Source of the DNA: Sphagnum compactum
Lineage: Eukaryota
Direction: 5' to 3'
Assembly (NCBI GenBank): GCA_965153455.1
Contig: OZ234493.1
Coordinates: 19,706,213 to 19,770,212, forward strand
DNA length: 64,000 bases
Positions 10,379 through 24,844 of this stretch are shown here, in pieces. The translations under genes and the position numbers were made by a program. The notes below the pieces were generated by a model, which worked only from the letters and a program-made list of their open reading frames with translations, was not told the DNA's origin and did not search any database. Each line of letters opens with the position of its first letter. Position 1 is the stretch's first letter.

Positions 10379-12710
10379 AAGCCATCATCACTGACAAAGT
10401 CCATCATTGACTCCAAATGAACCACATTGAGCTCATGCTTTGAAGAACTGGGTTTTGTACAGACATCAGTAAACCCAAATGCAAACATTTGGATGCATTT
10501 TTCATGTGAACTTGTTTCTGGCCAGCAGAAGTACTGTTGCAACAAGTGGCCTCAGACTGAAACTTCAATTCAGTCATTTTGTGTATCTGTAATTATGCAC
10601 TTGGATTTGTTCTTGTTGAAAAACTGCCTGTATCTGGAGCATTTGTACATTAGTAGCTCTATAACAAATGGCAGATCAGATGCTATGATCAGATATTGCA
10701 ATGAAGTCCGTATGACTCAAGTGCTGTGGGTTATATATAGCACTCAAGATCTGTTTGTTTTTCTTTTCCTCTGTTTCTGGTTTCAGAAGCTCTACATGAT
10801 AAAAGTCTCTCAAAAGCCATAGTTCTAATGTCCTGTGCAGGTTCATCAGATTTTAATCACAACCCAAATTACTAATCTATGTGCTTAATCTGATCAAGAT
10901 TTCTTCATTTCCATGACCCATCGCAGATAGAGGTCAACTATACATGCCAAAACCATAGTTTTAGTGTCAAATCTATGAGTACTCTTGAGAGGAGTCCTCC
11001 ATTTGAGTACAAAACTTCTGTTCACTCTCATACCCCCATTGACCATTTTTATAAAAAATATCATAGTGGCACTTCTCACAGTAGTAAGAAAAGTACCTTC
11101 ACAAAGTATTTCTGGTTTCTTCCACTTAGCTACTAAGCATTCATCTTAAGAATCACCAGGTTGGAGCTCTACACCAGTTTACAAATTCCTTCAAGGCTAG
11201 AGATACTGACATAATTTAGCACAAATTGCTGAATCTTCAGTACATCCTTTTGGTTACTATTTGAAACTCAACTACCTGACCCTACCTAAGGTCAGTTTCG
11301 TCATCAAATAATCCTCAAAATAGTGAAATGAAATTTTGTGAAAATAAGAAGTGGACATCATGTTGAAAATCATCCTAATTATCATAGGCTACACTCTGCA
11401 TAATTTCGCCACTCATAAAATCACAATATTATAGATGGAAAATATATATACTTTTAAAATTAAAAAATGAATTCATTTTTTGAATAAAAAAAATATATAT
11501 ATATATATTCGTTTTTTCAATTTGGAAAATCTTACCCTAGGCTATTAGGTTCATGTGTGAACCAAATGTTATCCTAGAGTAAATGTATGCACCAAATTTT
11601 TTCTTGGGCAAAAGTCAACCAATGGGTCATTAAAAGAAAAGAAAAAATGATTTTTAATAACCCCTAGATGAGCCAAAATTAATATATTTCTTTGTATTTT
11701 GAATCAATCTAGATGGCAAAGATGTAAGGGTTACTTTAGGGATAACACTAACATATAAGATGAAACTTACATGTTTTGAGTTAAGATCACTCACACATCT
11801 AAAACTAGCTACTTGTGTGGGCTCACCCATCACACATGTACGAAAACCCCAACCCCTCTTAGGATTAGTCACCAAATACACATGTTTTCCCTTTGAACTT
11901 TTCCACCATCAAAACAACACATAAATCTATTGTGTCATAAGTTCATTACACATAAGTATTACAAAACTTATGGTAGATGATTGTCAGCATAAAAATATAA
12001 AATTATAAATGAGCCCAACCCACAACCCTTCAAAAACATGAAGAATGGATGAATTATTCATCCTTTCACATAAATCTAATAGATATTATCATTAGGCGAA
12101 TAATATTATGCCACCTACTAGTTTTCTAAAAAACTCCTCTTTTCCAAGGATGAACCTTTATATTATTTGAAATCTCCTTCTTTAAAATATAATGTTTTAT
12201 TTCAAGTGATGGCAATTAATTGACTTTTATTTATTCCTAAGCTGAAATAGTTAACTAATTTCAAACATGGCATCCAAAATAGGTCCCTAGCAAAAGATCA
12301 TTGTGCATAAGGCCTAATAAGCATTATTATCAATGTATTTTTTAAAAAAAATTCGTTATGTAACAACCTCAGAGACCTTTTTTGGCTTTAATTAAATGAA
12401 AGTGTTGTAAAATTTGCTCTCATGGTAAGAGGAAAATTATGATGTCAACAGGTCTTGGTGAAAGAGGAATTAGGAATAAAAGATTTATTTGTTTACCTGG
12501 GTTGTTATGTTGGGAAGGTCCTACTCTCTCAAAGCATTGATGCCCGCTGGAATACCCGCCGGATATCACAGCTTGAGAAGTTTTTAAAAAAATCTGGCAG
12601 TGCTTTTACGTTGGGGAAGTTCGCCCACGGAGCGCGGGCATTACTGAAATAAGAACCCCCTCGGCTCCAGCCTGGGGAGTTATTATTTCAAAGCTGCCCG
12701 TATTTTCATC

Positions 12711-12846
12711 ATGTGCAGAATGTGTAGGTGATTCTGCGCATCAGGAACGTGTAGGTGATTGCATCTGCCATCAGGAATGTGTAGGCGATTCTGCAATCAG
12801 GAATGTGCAGAATGTGCAGATGATTCTGCTATCAGGAATGTGCAAC
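12711..12846. repeat. Degenerate ~28-35-bp tandem repeat in the cis-prenyltransferase promoter, followed by a telo-box
   Basis: Recurring ATCAGGAATGTG(T/C)AG..GATTCTGC units (4-5 copies), then AAACCCTAA at ~12850. Confidence 0.8.
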
Positions 12847-13066
12847 GGTAAACCCTAAACGCTCTCGCGCGCTGAGCACACAGGAAGAAAGGCGAGAACG
12901 AAGGAGGAGGAAGCGAGTGGCGAAGTCGGAGCTCGGATGCGGGGGCGTTGTCATGGTTGTTGCTCCCTTCCTCAGCTCCTGGATCCCCTCCCGGACCTGG
13001 TACAGCATCTGGCTCTGATACTCCAGCTCAAATAGGCTTTCTGTCTGCAGAGATTCAGAAACGTTG

Positions 13067-14894
13067 ATGCTTCGGGGTTTGGCATTTTCATCTTTTCTCT
13101 CTGCTGGTTCCAGTTCTCCTCGCTCTCTATCACCGCAGCCGGGGTATCTGCCGCACCACAACAGTTGGAACTCCGTGGAGTTGTATCCCTGGGCCTCATA
13201 CACGAATGGGTATTGTTCGATTTTCTGTCTACCTGCGCGGATCCGGCGGAATCTGAGGCAGTTGCGTCCGTTAGGTCGAGCGGGAGTCGTCACCATTACT
13301 GCGCTGGCTAGTAGTTGTGATCCGGTTGACATGCCGGAATTGCCGATAGAACTGGACTCGACACTGATGCCAAGGCATGTGGCCATTATCATGGATGGTA
13401 ATTCACGCTGGGCAGAGAAGCGAGGATGGCCAGCAAGCGTGGGCCATGAAGCTGGAGTGCGGTCACTGAGGGAAGTTGTGAAGCTGTCACAACAATGGGG
13501 CATCCAAGTGCTCACCGTGTTTGCATTCTCCACCGAGAATTGGCTTCGCCCAAAGGTCGGTCATGTGAAACTGCAAACAAAAGAGCTTGTACAGGATTGA
13601 GGGTTTAGGGTTTAGGGTTTAGGGTGCAGCAGTTTTAGTATTGCAGTCCTCAAGTATAGTGATCTTCTTTGTAAGGTTTCCATAAAAACTGCAAAAACTT
13701 TGAAAGGAAAAAAGAGACTGATGTTATTGTGATGATTTTGTAACTGGGTAGCTGATTGTTGTGCAGATGGAGATTGATTTCTTGATGGACTTGTTTGAGA
13801 GATTTTCCCGGGAGCATCTCACCACTATGGCTGCGTGAGTTGGCAATTTTTTTTCTACCCCCAGAAATTTTCAAAAGTTCCCCACCCACTCCCACTCCCA
13901 CTTCATCATGGTCTGCCAAACAATTTTGTGAAGTTTTCAACAAAAACAGTGCCCAGTGTAAAAGGTGGGATTTATGTGTACTGTAAAAAATCTGATAATA
14001 CTTGGTGAAGAAACCAATTTTGCAATAGTGTTGATTTTTGTATCTCTGGAAACGGTGTCTATGCACATGGACAGGAAACCTTCTGCTTCAAAATTTTACT
14101 ATCAGGAAACTCGCATAAACTAAGAACTACTCAACTTTTGTCACCCAAGTTGATTGGACATGATTCCTCCTTTTGCTATTTTCCTGTGAATCTTTCCTTA
14201 GTGAACTCTCAAGAGTGCCATACAGCTAGTTAGTTAGCTCTCAAGTATTTTCATTTAGTGACTTGTTAGTATTGTATGTGCACGAGAACTCCAGATGAAA
14301 AGATTGGGTAGGTTGTCAGGCTGCATTCAGCACCATCCATATGCAAGCATTGCATTCCACTGGATTTTTCTGTAGCACACATCAGCAGGAATGGTTAGGG
14401 AACTAATGATGTGGATTGATGTCTCATGGTTGGTTGAAATCAGGGAGAACATTCAAGTTCGTTGTGTGGGTGACCATTCAATGCTACCAGAATCACTCAG
14501 GAATGTGATAGCAACCTTAGAAGAGAGTACAAAGCACAACACAGGCCTCAAACTCAGCATAGCACTGAGCTACAGTGGTCGCCAGGACATAGTCAGTGCC
14601 TGCAAGCGCCTTATGGGCCAAGTGCAAAATGGTGAGATAAGTTTATCTGACATGACAGAGGCAGCCATTGATGAGGAGCTGCAGACAAGCTGGGTGGGGG
14701 AAGCTCGTGACCCTGACCTTTTGATTCGAACTAGTGGGGAGCAGCGCATTAGTAACTTCATGCTTTGGCAGACTGCGTATACCGAATTCTTGTTTGTTGA
14801 TTCTTTGTGGCCTGATTTTGGGGAAGCCCAGTTGAAAGACGCATTGATAGAATACCAAAAACGGAACCGACGTTTTGGGAAGCATGGTAACTAG
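13067..14894 (+). CDS. CPT: cis-prenyltransferase (UPPS/DHDDS family), 3 exons: 13067-13555, 13767-13834, 14444-14894; 335 aa; probable organellar transit peptide
   Basis: Motifs [45 protein letters not shown] and [30 protein letters not shown], with a C-terminal RRFG. GT-AG junctions give a continuous frame of 1008 nt. The N-terminus is Ser/Arg-rich. Confidence 0.95.
13601..13625 (+). repeat. Interstitial plant telomeric repeat (TTTAGGG)x3 in CPT intron 1
   Basis: GGGTTTAGGGTTTAGGGTTTAGGG is directly visible. Confidence 0.85.
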
Positions 14895-17800
14895 TTTCCA
14901 TAGACTGCCTTTCTGCAGAGGGGCATGAGCTCTGAAAATTTCAAGATGAATCCAATCCTTTCAACATTCCCAGGACCCTAAACCCAAACTCAGGATCTGT
15001 GTAATCTGGTATTGGCCTAAGCGAAGGGACTGCTTCCTTGTAGATGCTGCACTTAGTATGGGATACAAAATTTTCTCTTCTTAAGTAAAATTACAGCTTC
15101 TGCATCTATATTGTTCTGGATTGAGCTCTGATGTGTCTTCATACTATTGAGTTCCAAGCAGACGATCTCAAAACCTCATAGATGTTTAATTTCTCTGCTA
15201 TAGCTTCCAAAGGTAGAAAACACCCTAAAGAGGTTGCACACGCAATGTGGCATGACTTATTGTTGTCACAATCTGATCCCATTTCCCTTGTGTTGAAACC
15301 AATGTTGGCAGGTTCCTTGGTTTGCAGTGTTAAACCCAGAGTTTTGTGACCTGGAACCAAACTGGCAGCATTTTGTTTGAATCTGGACTCTGAAAGTAGG
15401 TGATTGTTAGATTTGGAATCAAAACTGAAATCATGAAAAAAAATGCTCGACCATAATTTCAGGTTCTATAGGTAGGCACTAATGTTGTTTTTAAATAGTA
15501 GTTTTACACATTGTAGAAAATTGTGTCCGTGTATATTTTGGGATTTTCACTTACACTTGCAGGATGTGCATATATTTATGAAATAAACTTACACAATGCC
15601 TTGTGTAGAAAGCTTGTCATGTAAGTGTAAATCTCAAGGCAATACCCTTGTGAGGATATTTCATTGTCCTCTATCCTTGGGGATTATGGTTTGCAAAAAA
15701 AAAAGGGTATTGCACCTCATGATTTTCATGGGCGCTTGTGATTTCTAAAAAGAAGGCAAGATCACAATGAAAGCAAGATGCCAAGCAAGAGCTCACTTAA
15801 AACATGTTGAAGTTTGCAACAATGTTAAAAGTTGCAAGATGACCACAAACAACATCAGCATTTAAACATGCAAAAATTGTAGATGATGAAGGACAATAAG
15901 GGGGAGCTTGTTTTAAACCCTAAACCTTGTTTTGTAAGACCAAAATAAAGGTAGTTGAAAACAATTATCAAAAACAAAAAATGCAGCATGACAAAAAGGT
16001 AAAGAATAAGGATTAAGAAATTCACCTAAAACGGGTCAATTTGTTGAAGCTTTCAAAAATGCAAAGAGTTGTAAGTTAACAACATCACAAATTGCATTCA
16101 CAAATAACCTTTAGACAAAGTGAAGAGCATGAGGGAGCCATTAAGACCACAATGAAACAAGTTTTGCAACATATCATTCTTCCATAGCTAACCCTTTCTT
16201 CTTTCTTACCTACCTTTTGCTTCTTTCTTCTTGCCTACCATTTATTCCTTTTCCCTTTTCCCTTTCTTTTTCCTACTTTCTTTGTTGAACCAGCTCCACT
16301 TTCACATTTGTTGTCCTTGAATAGAGAAAATTAAAATAAAAAATACAATATTGCATATGTTTTATGTTGTGTTCATTTATATGGTTAGATTATTTTATGC
16401 AATTTTACACTTATTTTGTTCTACATGGCATGAAATAACCTTGCACAATTTTAAACTTACACTTGAAATGTACACAAAGTTCAAACAACATTGGTAGACA
16501 TCTTGAACTTTTTTGAGAAGTTGAGGTTGAATTTTTTAAGTGAGCAATAGTTTTCATTAATTTTGATATTATGTACCAATAAAAACCCCGGTTTTCATTT
16601 GTAGTAAAACTCTATATATATATAATCTTTAGCATTGGGGAATGTAATGTGCATAAAGGTTTTTCAAATTGGAAAATGTATCAAAATTGGAACTACAAGG
16701 TTTAGAAATTTGAAGAACCAAATTCAAACCCGCACTTGAAGAACCTTCAAAAAAATTCAATGCGACAAAACTAAGATTGGAGCTTCTCTTTAAAGGAAGA
16801 ACCAACCAACATTAGTTTAACCCGTAAACCCATATCCCACCCATTTTCAAGTTTTGCCTCTTAAGTATCTTTTACACAAAGGGATTTTTTGCAAAGCTTT
16901 TGGAGAAGGTTCACATATGTTATGGACTAAGGACATTTCAATAGGTTAAATGTTCTCCATCCTTTTTCCACTTACATTTTTTTTATATCTTTGACACACT
17001 TTACAAAGGGGTGACAATTTTTAAATAAAATTAACAATGTATCTGAATTTGACAAGTACTTTTGTAAAGTGCATACAAAGGGATAATGCAATTGTGGGAA
17101 GAAAAACTAAGTTGAATGACTTGTTGACTCATAAAAACCCTAAACCTTGTTTTGATAGTAACAAAACTTTTTAAGTTGAATTAAGCTAAAATATAAATGC
17201 ATTATTCCAAAAATGGAAGATTATAATAATTATAGAAAGGTAAGTTTATTCAACATGGTTTCATCACTACACCTTAGCATGTGATAATAGATTATCAATT
17301 TGACATAAAACAAGTTTTTGCAATCCATAATTCTATTCCAAGATAATTAAATTATTATACTTACTCCTTTAACATTTTAAAAATTACACAAAAAATACAA
17401 ATCATCATGAATGAAGACATAATTTGCACTTAAAATGGATTAAAAGAGAAGGGAAATTTTTCAATTGATATAATAATACATAGTAAATTACCTCCTCATT
17501 TTTTGGTTCATACTATTTATTTAAAGGGCAATAAATTTTCTTACCACAACAAAATGCCATGACATTAAATTAAATTAGTTTTAGAGTGGTTACTTTTTAA
17601 AATGAAATTGTTGTGGTGCCTTAAATGAACATCTATGTCATTGCCCCCAAGGCATTTGGGATACACATTTGATGTAAAATTACATATGTTGGAAATATTC
17701 AAAAAACATTTCCCAAGAACACCTAGACTATCTTTAAATTGTTGTTTTAAATGTTAATGTCAATTAATGGTTGATATTAAAATTTAATACTTACAATGTA

Positions 17801-20800
17801 AATGTTTATGTTCTTTTATAGGAAAAAATAAGGAATCTACCTTGATGTATTTTTAAACCAATTTGTAGTTGATGGAATGGTAATACAACATTTGAAATTT
17901 TCAATTTGCATTTTATAATGCTAAAGTAAATAGTCCCTAGACTTTTTACCTTTGACTTTCTACTCTATCATTTGTGCATGATATTTCAAGATATTTATTT
18001 AGGAATTATCATATTTTCAATTTCCATTTGTTGTCAAATTTTGGCAAATAAAAGGATCAACAACATCACAACATTACAAGTTTTAATCATCTCCATTAAG
18101 TGATTTTGAAAGTATTTGAACATGCACACTTTTAACATATGTTTAATTTGACCATTTTTTGTATTCATTAGTTATGTCACAAATAACAAATCCAACATGA
18201 AAGGCCTAAATACATATAAATGAGGATATGATATTTGAGGTACAAGGTGCATACATAATTATAATAGAAAGGCAAAGAGATGATGAAATTTTAAAATAAG
18301 AAAGATGAAACACAAGGATTCGGTTTACATAAAACAATAACCTTGGAATTGTTGCATGACGATATATATTGTACCCACCATTCATAATTGATAGAATTTA
18401 TGAAATTTTTATTTTTTCAAATAAAGGATCCAAGAGCTGTGTTTTTAGTATTCCAAGATTTCAACAATTAAAAAATAATAGAAAAAGTATTGTAAGTTTA
18501 TGAAGAAAAATCTAGCAAGCTAGTGACTAGGATAGCCATTGTTTCCCAACAAGTTGGCAATTGGATTTTTCAAGCTTTCAACAATCCTTTTTATTAAATT
18601 TTGATTCTTCTTTACATTCCCTTTTGAAAATTTATTTATTTCAAAGTGAAACGATAGGTATGGTATTAAAACTTGGAAAGTGCTAAGATAATATTCTAAA
18701 TTGACACTCTTGCTCAATTGTATATAGATAGCAAAACATTTGGCATGATTCTCAAACAAAAACTATGCCTTAAAATTGCCTTCTTACCATCCCCATTCAC
18801 AATGGTGTTTGGTCATGGGTGGAAAATAAGAAATTCCTACACCATATATTCAAGTGGAAAAGGATCATTGATTGCATTCAAAATGCATTCAACCTTCCAA
18901 TAAACCCAACAACAAGATGATGTGTGGCAAATTTGATCAACATAGTGATAACACTTCTCATTACCTTAAGATATGTTCATACACAACAAACTAAAGGTTG
19001 AATTTGCTAGGCATTTCAATATTTTCATATGCATCAATAGGAACAATCTCCCTTAAAAGTGCAACATAAAATTTGTTTGGTCTTTGATGTATTTTTTATG
19101 ACATAATCTACAAATTGGATCACTAAATTGTATTCCATCATTTTTTTTTCATTTTCTTTGTGCAATTGAAATAATCAAGGGGTTTTGTTAATGAAATAGT
19201 GTCTCATCCATGTGTTTAAGGGCTTGCATGATTTGGAGTTAATCATGAGAAGCTAGTAAATTTAATTTATGATCTTTTTATTAGTGATTTTTTTGGTGAT
19301 GAATTTTGGAATTTTTTTTTTTTGAGTATTTAAGAAAAATTTGGGAGAAAATCTCACCAAATTTCAATGTTAAAAAAAAATTTGGAAAAAAAATTCATCA
19401 ATTTTCCATAGTTTGCACAATTTTTAACAAACCTATTTACAACTAGTGCTAAATCTTTTATCAAATGAATGTTAATGATATTATTAAAAACATTAAAATC
19501 ACAAATACTCTTTTATGGCACATTCTTACATTTTGTATAATTTCAAATAATACAATTGGTTAACCTAAGGAGGCATACATCAACACAATGTGACATTCAA
19601 CCCCTAAACATTGTAGCAACCTAGTTTGGGCCATGACCTTATCATGTCACATACCTAAAACCTCCGAGACAAAAACCTAACATGCCTATGTTGTAAAGGA
19701 CACATGGTCCCTTGTGATTTCTCAATCTTCCTTTAAAGATCCTTTCAGCTTTCCAAAAATTGAGAAGCTCACCAAGGTGAAAAGGTCGGAATAGAACAAC
19801 TTTTGATATATGCCCATGCTACATAAGTTTGATATTCCAAGTTTTGAAGACTAGGATAGAAAAATGTTGAAGGTCAAATGAACCACTTTGATTGAAGAAC
19901 ATGGGGAATGTGGGAGGTGTTAAGAACAATCAAGGTGCCCCAAAATTGTCACAAATGTTGGATTTCTTTGATTGTGTGTAGACATCCATTGGATGTGCAT
20001 ATTTGACAATTCATTTTTCTCTCATCTGAAGTTTTGAATATCACAATTTTTTTTCATCAACCTTGTATGCATGCTTTCTATCCACATTAAATTGTTTAGT
20101 GTCAATGAAATATGGTAACTCAATCTAATTCTCAAAAAACATGAAAATTTGAAAATTGCCCATGACTTGTACACTTGCACTTCAATGTTGGGGATTTTCC
20201 ATTCCTCAAGCAAGTTCAAATTTTTTTTTAAACAAAAAGATTTATGTTGAAATCCTCTATGTCATCAAGTTGGAATTTCAGAATTCCAACATTTTTCTTT
20301 AAGGAGTTGTGGTGATTGTAGCTTTGTCCTCCCATGTGGGATTGTTTTGGTGAAATGTCAATCAAGGATATACACTCACCCAATGATAACAAGTAATTAA
20401 TTTATATAATTAAAAAATGATTTCTACCCATCTGAATCTTCCTTTTTCAAACCTAACTACCTCACTCTTTTCCTTACCCCACTTACATGGATATGAAAAG
20501 ACAAAATAACATGTGCCTCTTCATTTTAGCTTAGCAACCCCATGATTTTGTGTTGTTGCCTTAATCAGAGTGAAAAGACATGAAATCAACATGTGAAATT
20601 AATGCCAACCCAAATCAAGTTCATTCATACATTTCACAAGAAAGTTTTCATGTGCAAATTCAAAACACAATTGAAAAAAAAAAATATAGGATGCAAAAAA
20701 AAAAAAAAAAAAAAAAGAAAAAAGAAAAAAAAAAAAACCAAATCAAATAGAGCAAAGGAAAAATCAAAATACATTATCATTGTCCAAAAAGAATGTCAAT

Positions 20801-23183
20801 GTTGTGAATAAAGATAATGAGCATGATAGGAACACAAATGAAAAAAAAATTCAAAGCCAATTGCAAAGAGGATTACGAAAAAATCAAAATATATATTTTT
20901 GCATCCTTCAAATGTTATTTTGTCAATGTGATGAAAAATGGGTATGTTTTCTTCCATGATTGTGAAAACTTACTTGGATCTAATATCTAGATTGTTAAAC
21001 ATTTGGACTAAAATTCCACTTACGAGTAGCATCACATAAATTTGAGTTTTGCTCAGTTTGAAACTTTGCCCTTTGGGCAAGAGCATTAATTACACTCATT
21101 AATTTAGTTTTATAATTCTCAAGGTCATTAGCAATTGTGACAAGTTTTCAATTTGACAAATTCGACAACATGGAGGGCGATTTATTGCCATGGTTATCGT
21201 AACGATAAATTCCCAATTTCCAACAAAATATAACAATCTTGGGTTTATAAGAGGATGATTAATTTCTTTCTTTAATCTTCCAAGCTAGAACACAAAGCTA
21301 TCCCGGAAAGAATGAAGACTTGTTCAACAAATTTGGGGTAGGTGGCCATCACTTTACATCCTAATCCAATTTTGGAAATGCATATTTGTGTAGTGCTTGT
21401 ACTCGTTTGGGGCGGGGGTTGGTGGCCACCACATTAGGTAAACCCAAAACCAATTTTGGAAGTGCTTGTAGTTGGATGGATTACACATGATAATAGTGGA
21501 TTACACATGATATCTTATGAATTTGATGTGTTTTGGATGTTTTAAGGTGCTTATGAAGAGTTTTTTTGTTTTTGGGTGTGGCTCCTCTTGAACAAAAGTT
21601 CAGGGTCAAGCCCAAGGGTGAGGACATTCACAACATTTCCCAAGGTGTGAGGGCATTCCCAAAAATATCACTAGCCTTGGGATATGTTGAGGATGCCCCC
21701 ACACTTGGGCCTTTTTCCCCATAAAGCACAAGGTGAACCTTATCATGAGCCCCTAACATATGTCATCTTGGGATGATAAGTGTGGGACACATTATTACTA
21801 CCTCCTTTCAGAAGTGGGTTGTAGGCCTACATGTGGGACCCTTCCCATTTTCCAATGGTAGTAAGTACTATTATGTCCTAGAGGTGCACCACCACCCTAT
21901 GCCCTTGGTACAAGGTTTTATCTGTCATCTTGGAAATTGGTTCTACTCTAGCTACAAGCTTTTGGAAGGCGGCCCTCTTTGTCTCTCTTTAGGGTTGTTA
22001 CTTGTTACCCAAAATGTGCTAAATCAAGTTGGTACTTGTCCATGTCCGAAGCACTTTCATCATCATCATCATCATCATCATCTTAAACCGTGGCAAAGCA
22101 CTTTCATTATGACCATGATCTTAAACCTTGGCACAACACTTTCATGATCATGATCTTAAACCTTTTGGCTACAAAAGCCGTAGTTCAAGATTGTCAGCTC
22201 ACAAATAGTTGGGCTGCCTTGGACATCGGTGTTGTTGGTGGTGAAGAGTAAGCTTAAATTTATGACATATATACATTTTGTCAAACATGTTGTATTATAT
22301 TAAACTTGCACTTCAAGCCATCAGAAAAGAACATTCACCACAAGTCTGAAGTTTTCCCACAAAAGTCTTAACATTCGGCCCAACCTATTGTGGGATCTTC
22401 TTCATCTTATGTCCCTATTAGGCAATGGCCATTTCAAAGACCCAGACTAGTTACCGGGTGACCGTGAATCCCTTGCATCTGACCAATGGCCCTTACAATA
22501 TGTTTCACTCTTGGGAAATTTGGTCATGTCATTAGGAATTTTGCAACTTTGTACACTACTTATTTGCAAACTTACCTCATGACACATTTTATGAGGGAAG
22601 GCCCCCCCCCCCCTACAAAGGCATTATACCCGCCCACACAACTCAAGGTGGATGTCTAGGCCCAAGATGTAACGCCCTAACAACAAAGCCTTCCCCAATG
22701 GAGCAACCATATGGAGCTCCATAAGGTTCATGATGAAGATCCATTGAAATCAATGGTCAAGGTCCCCCCTACTAATAAAACAACCCTCATCCAAGGGATA
22801 TTATGCCAGGCCTCATTGGAGCAAGAAAATTCCACTTAAGGAAATCTTCCAAATAACAAAGGGAATTCTCCATCAAGTTTGAAAGAGCAGTTGAGCTTAA
22901 GAAGGAAGGACCTTGAGGGTGAAAGGCCGGAATCTCTCCCAAGTGACAATTACACAAATCTATGAAACCCGGATACAGTAGTTATTATTGTAAATAGTAT
23001 ATTGCAAAGTCAAGCCCATGATTTAAACCCCAAGTCAAGGAGAGGGACTAAACTTAGGGTGCTTAAATTTGGGGGAGTTGAAAATAATTGATATCAAACC
23101 CCATGTGACAATGCCCAATATTTTGTGGGTTGGGGCTCAAAGGGAGGGGGGGGGGGGGGGGGGGAAGATATTAGGCAGCTCAC

Positions 23184-23592
23184 AAGTACCTAGTATTGCC
23201 AAGTGGAGTTGAACGTGTCCCCTAATAGGCTAAGAAGTAGGTATGTTACATACCTAATAATAGGTTAGTAGGCCGGTCTCAATTACTTACCTATTGTTGC
23301 CAAATGGCTTGAACCAGTTCCCCAGTAGGCTAAGGACTCGGTAGGTTACTAGATAGCAAGCAAACACTAGGTATAAAATTTAATAGGTAGGTCTCCCAAA
23401 TACCTACCAAGTGGCTATGAACCAGTTCCCCCAGTAGGCTAAGGACTCGCAAGGTTACTAAGTAGCAAGCAAATAGTAGGTATAAAAATTAATAGGCAGG
23501 TCCCAAGTACCTACCCTAGTGTTGCCAAGTGGCTATGAGCCAGTTCCCCAGTAGGCTACAGGAGTTGGAAGGTTACTAGATATAGTAAGCAA
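23184..23592. repeat. Degenerate ~110-125-bp tandem repeat, ~4 copies, just upstream of the PME transcription unit
   Basis: Recurring CCAAGTGG..GAACCAGTTCCCCAGTAGGCTAAGGACTCG..AGGTTACTA..TAGCAAGCAAA at about 23199, 23300, 23407 and 23526. Confidence 0.85.
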
Positions 23593-24844
23593 AAGGGATT
23601 CTGTAGCCTCGTAGCTTACTAGTAACCTACAAGACATCCTTTTTCGTACTAGTAACTTACTGTCTCTCCCTCTATCTCTCCTTGTTCTCTCCAGCGGCCA
23701 CGGCTGCTTCCTTCGTGCTTGCCGTCTTTGGCGCGTGTTTTTTGTGTTGTGCGGATCGTGGCAATTATGGTTCTGCGAATTGACAATTTGCGTGGGACTG
23801 GATTTGGTGAATTTCGTGAGAGAATCTCGCTGCTTTCTTCGGCCTATCTTCGCAGAATTTTTTTGAATTTTTTTTTGGTGGTTACTACTGTGAGGAGGGA
23901 ATTTTTTTTTTTCCCGCGGTGGACTTGTCAATCTTTTGTGTTTTCGTCAAAGGAGGAGGAGAAGATTCTGATGCTCTCTTTCGTTGTTTCTATGAAATTG
24001 AGTAATATATTGCAAGCCTGGTCTGATTTCCGTTGAAGAATTCTTCTTCTTCTTCTTCTTGTGTTTGGGAATACAGAATCGGGAATTTGGTTTCTGTGAT
24101 TGTCGTTCAGGCGTGATGTTGAAGGAGTTCAGGGATCTGCGTTTGTTGCCGTTCCTGCTTTTGTTCTTTCGGGAGACAGATCCTTAGCGAGCTTGCAACG
24201 AATTTGGCAAAGGAGTTTTGCCAGCGACTGTTGAGGTGAAATTTTTGGACCTCTTTCTCAATTTGCTTTTGCTCAACTGTGACATCAGCGAGGCTGCTTT
24301 CTTCTTCTTCTTCTTCTTGTCTCTCTCTTTTTTTTTCTTTTTTTTTTGGGGGGGTGGGGACAAGGTTGTCGTTTTGGTTCTCAATTCTTCAGCGATCTGT
24401 TACGGGGTTGATGCTGTGTGGATTTTCCGTGATTGCTGCAAGAAGTTCGTTTTTCTGCTTTGTTTGTTACTGTGCTGAACGAGATGCTCCTCTGCTCTGT
24501 GTTTAGCTAGCTGTCTCGGAGACACACCTAACAATGAAATAGAGACGGTTTCTTTTTCTCTTTGACCTCTTCCTTTCAGCATGTTGGAAGTTTGGCACGG
24601 AGCTGCTGCTTGTAGACTCATGCCCTAGGAGATGCAGACAACAATCTGCAACAAGAGGAATATTCACACCGTTTAGGACAGCTTCTGGTGTGTCTTGTCT
24701 GAGCTCTCAAAATAGCAGCCGGTGCAGAAGTATCTTTCTTGCAATTGTGGCATCGGGGGCTCCATTCATCCTCTCTCTCTCTCTCTACAGGCATTGCCAC
24801 TGTGCCTGAAAACCTCAGATTCTCATCCTCCCTTGTTGGATCAC

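Noticed and set aside
12832..13533. 233-aa minus-strand ORF
   Set aside because: Antisense shadow of the GC-rich CPT exon 1 and leader, with no recognisable motifs.
21000..23165. LTR-retrotransposon gag/LTR remnants, His-run ORF and poly-G tract
   Set aside because: Looks TE-derived, but I could not establish motifs or boundaries. The His run is a CAT microsatellite.
24722..24844. 503-aa PME starting at GTG
   Set aside because: Bacterial-style start. The region includes a CT tract and the splice acceptor at 24790, and the first ATG is at 24845.
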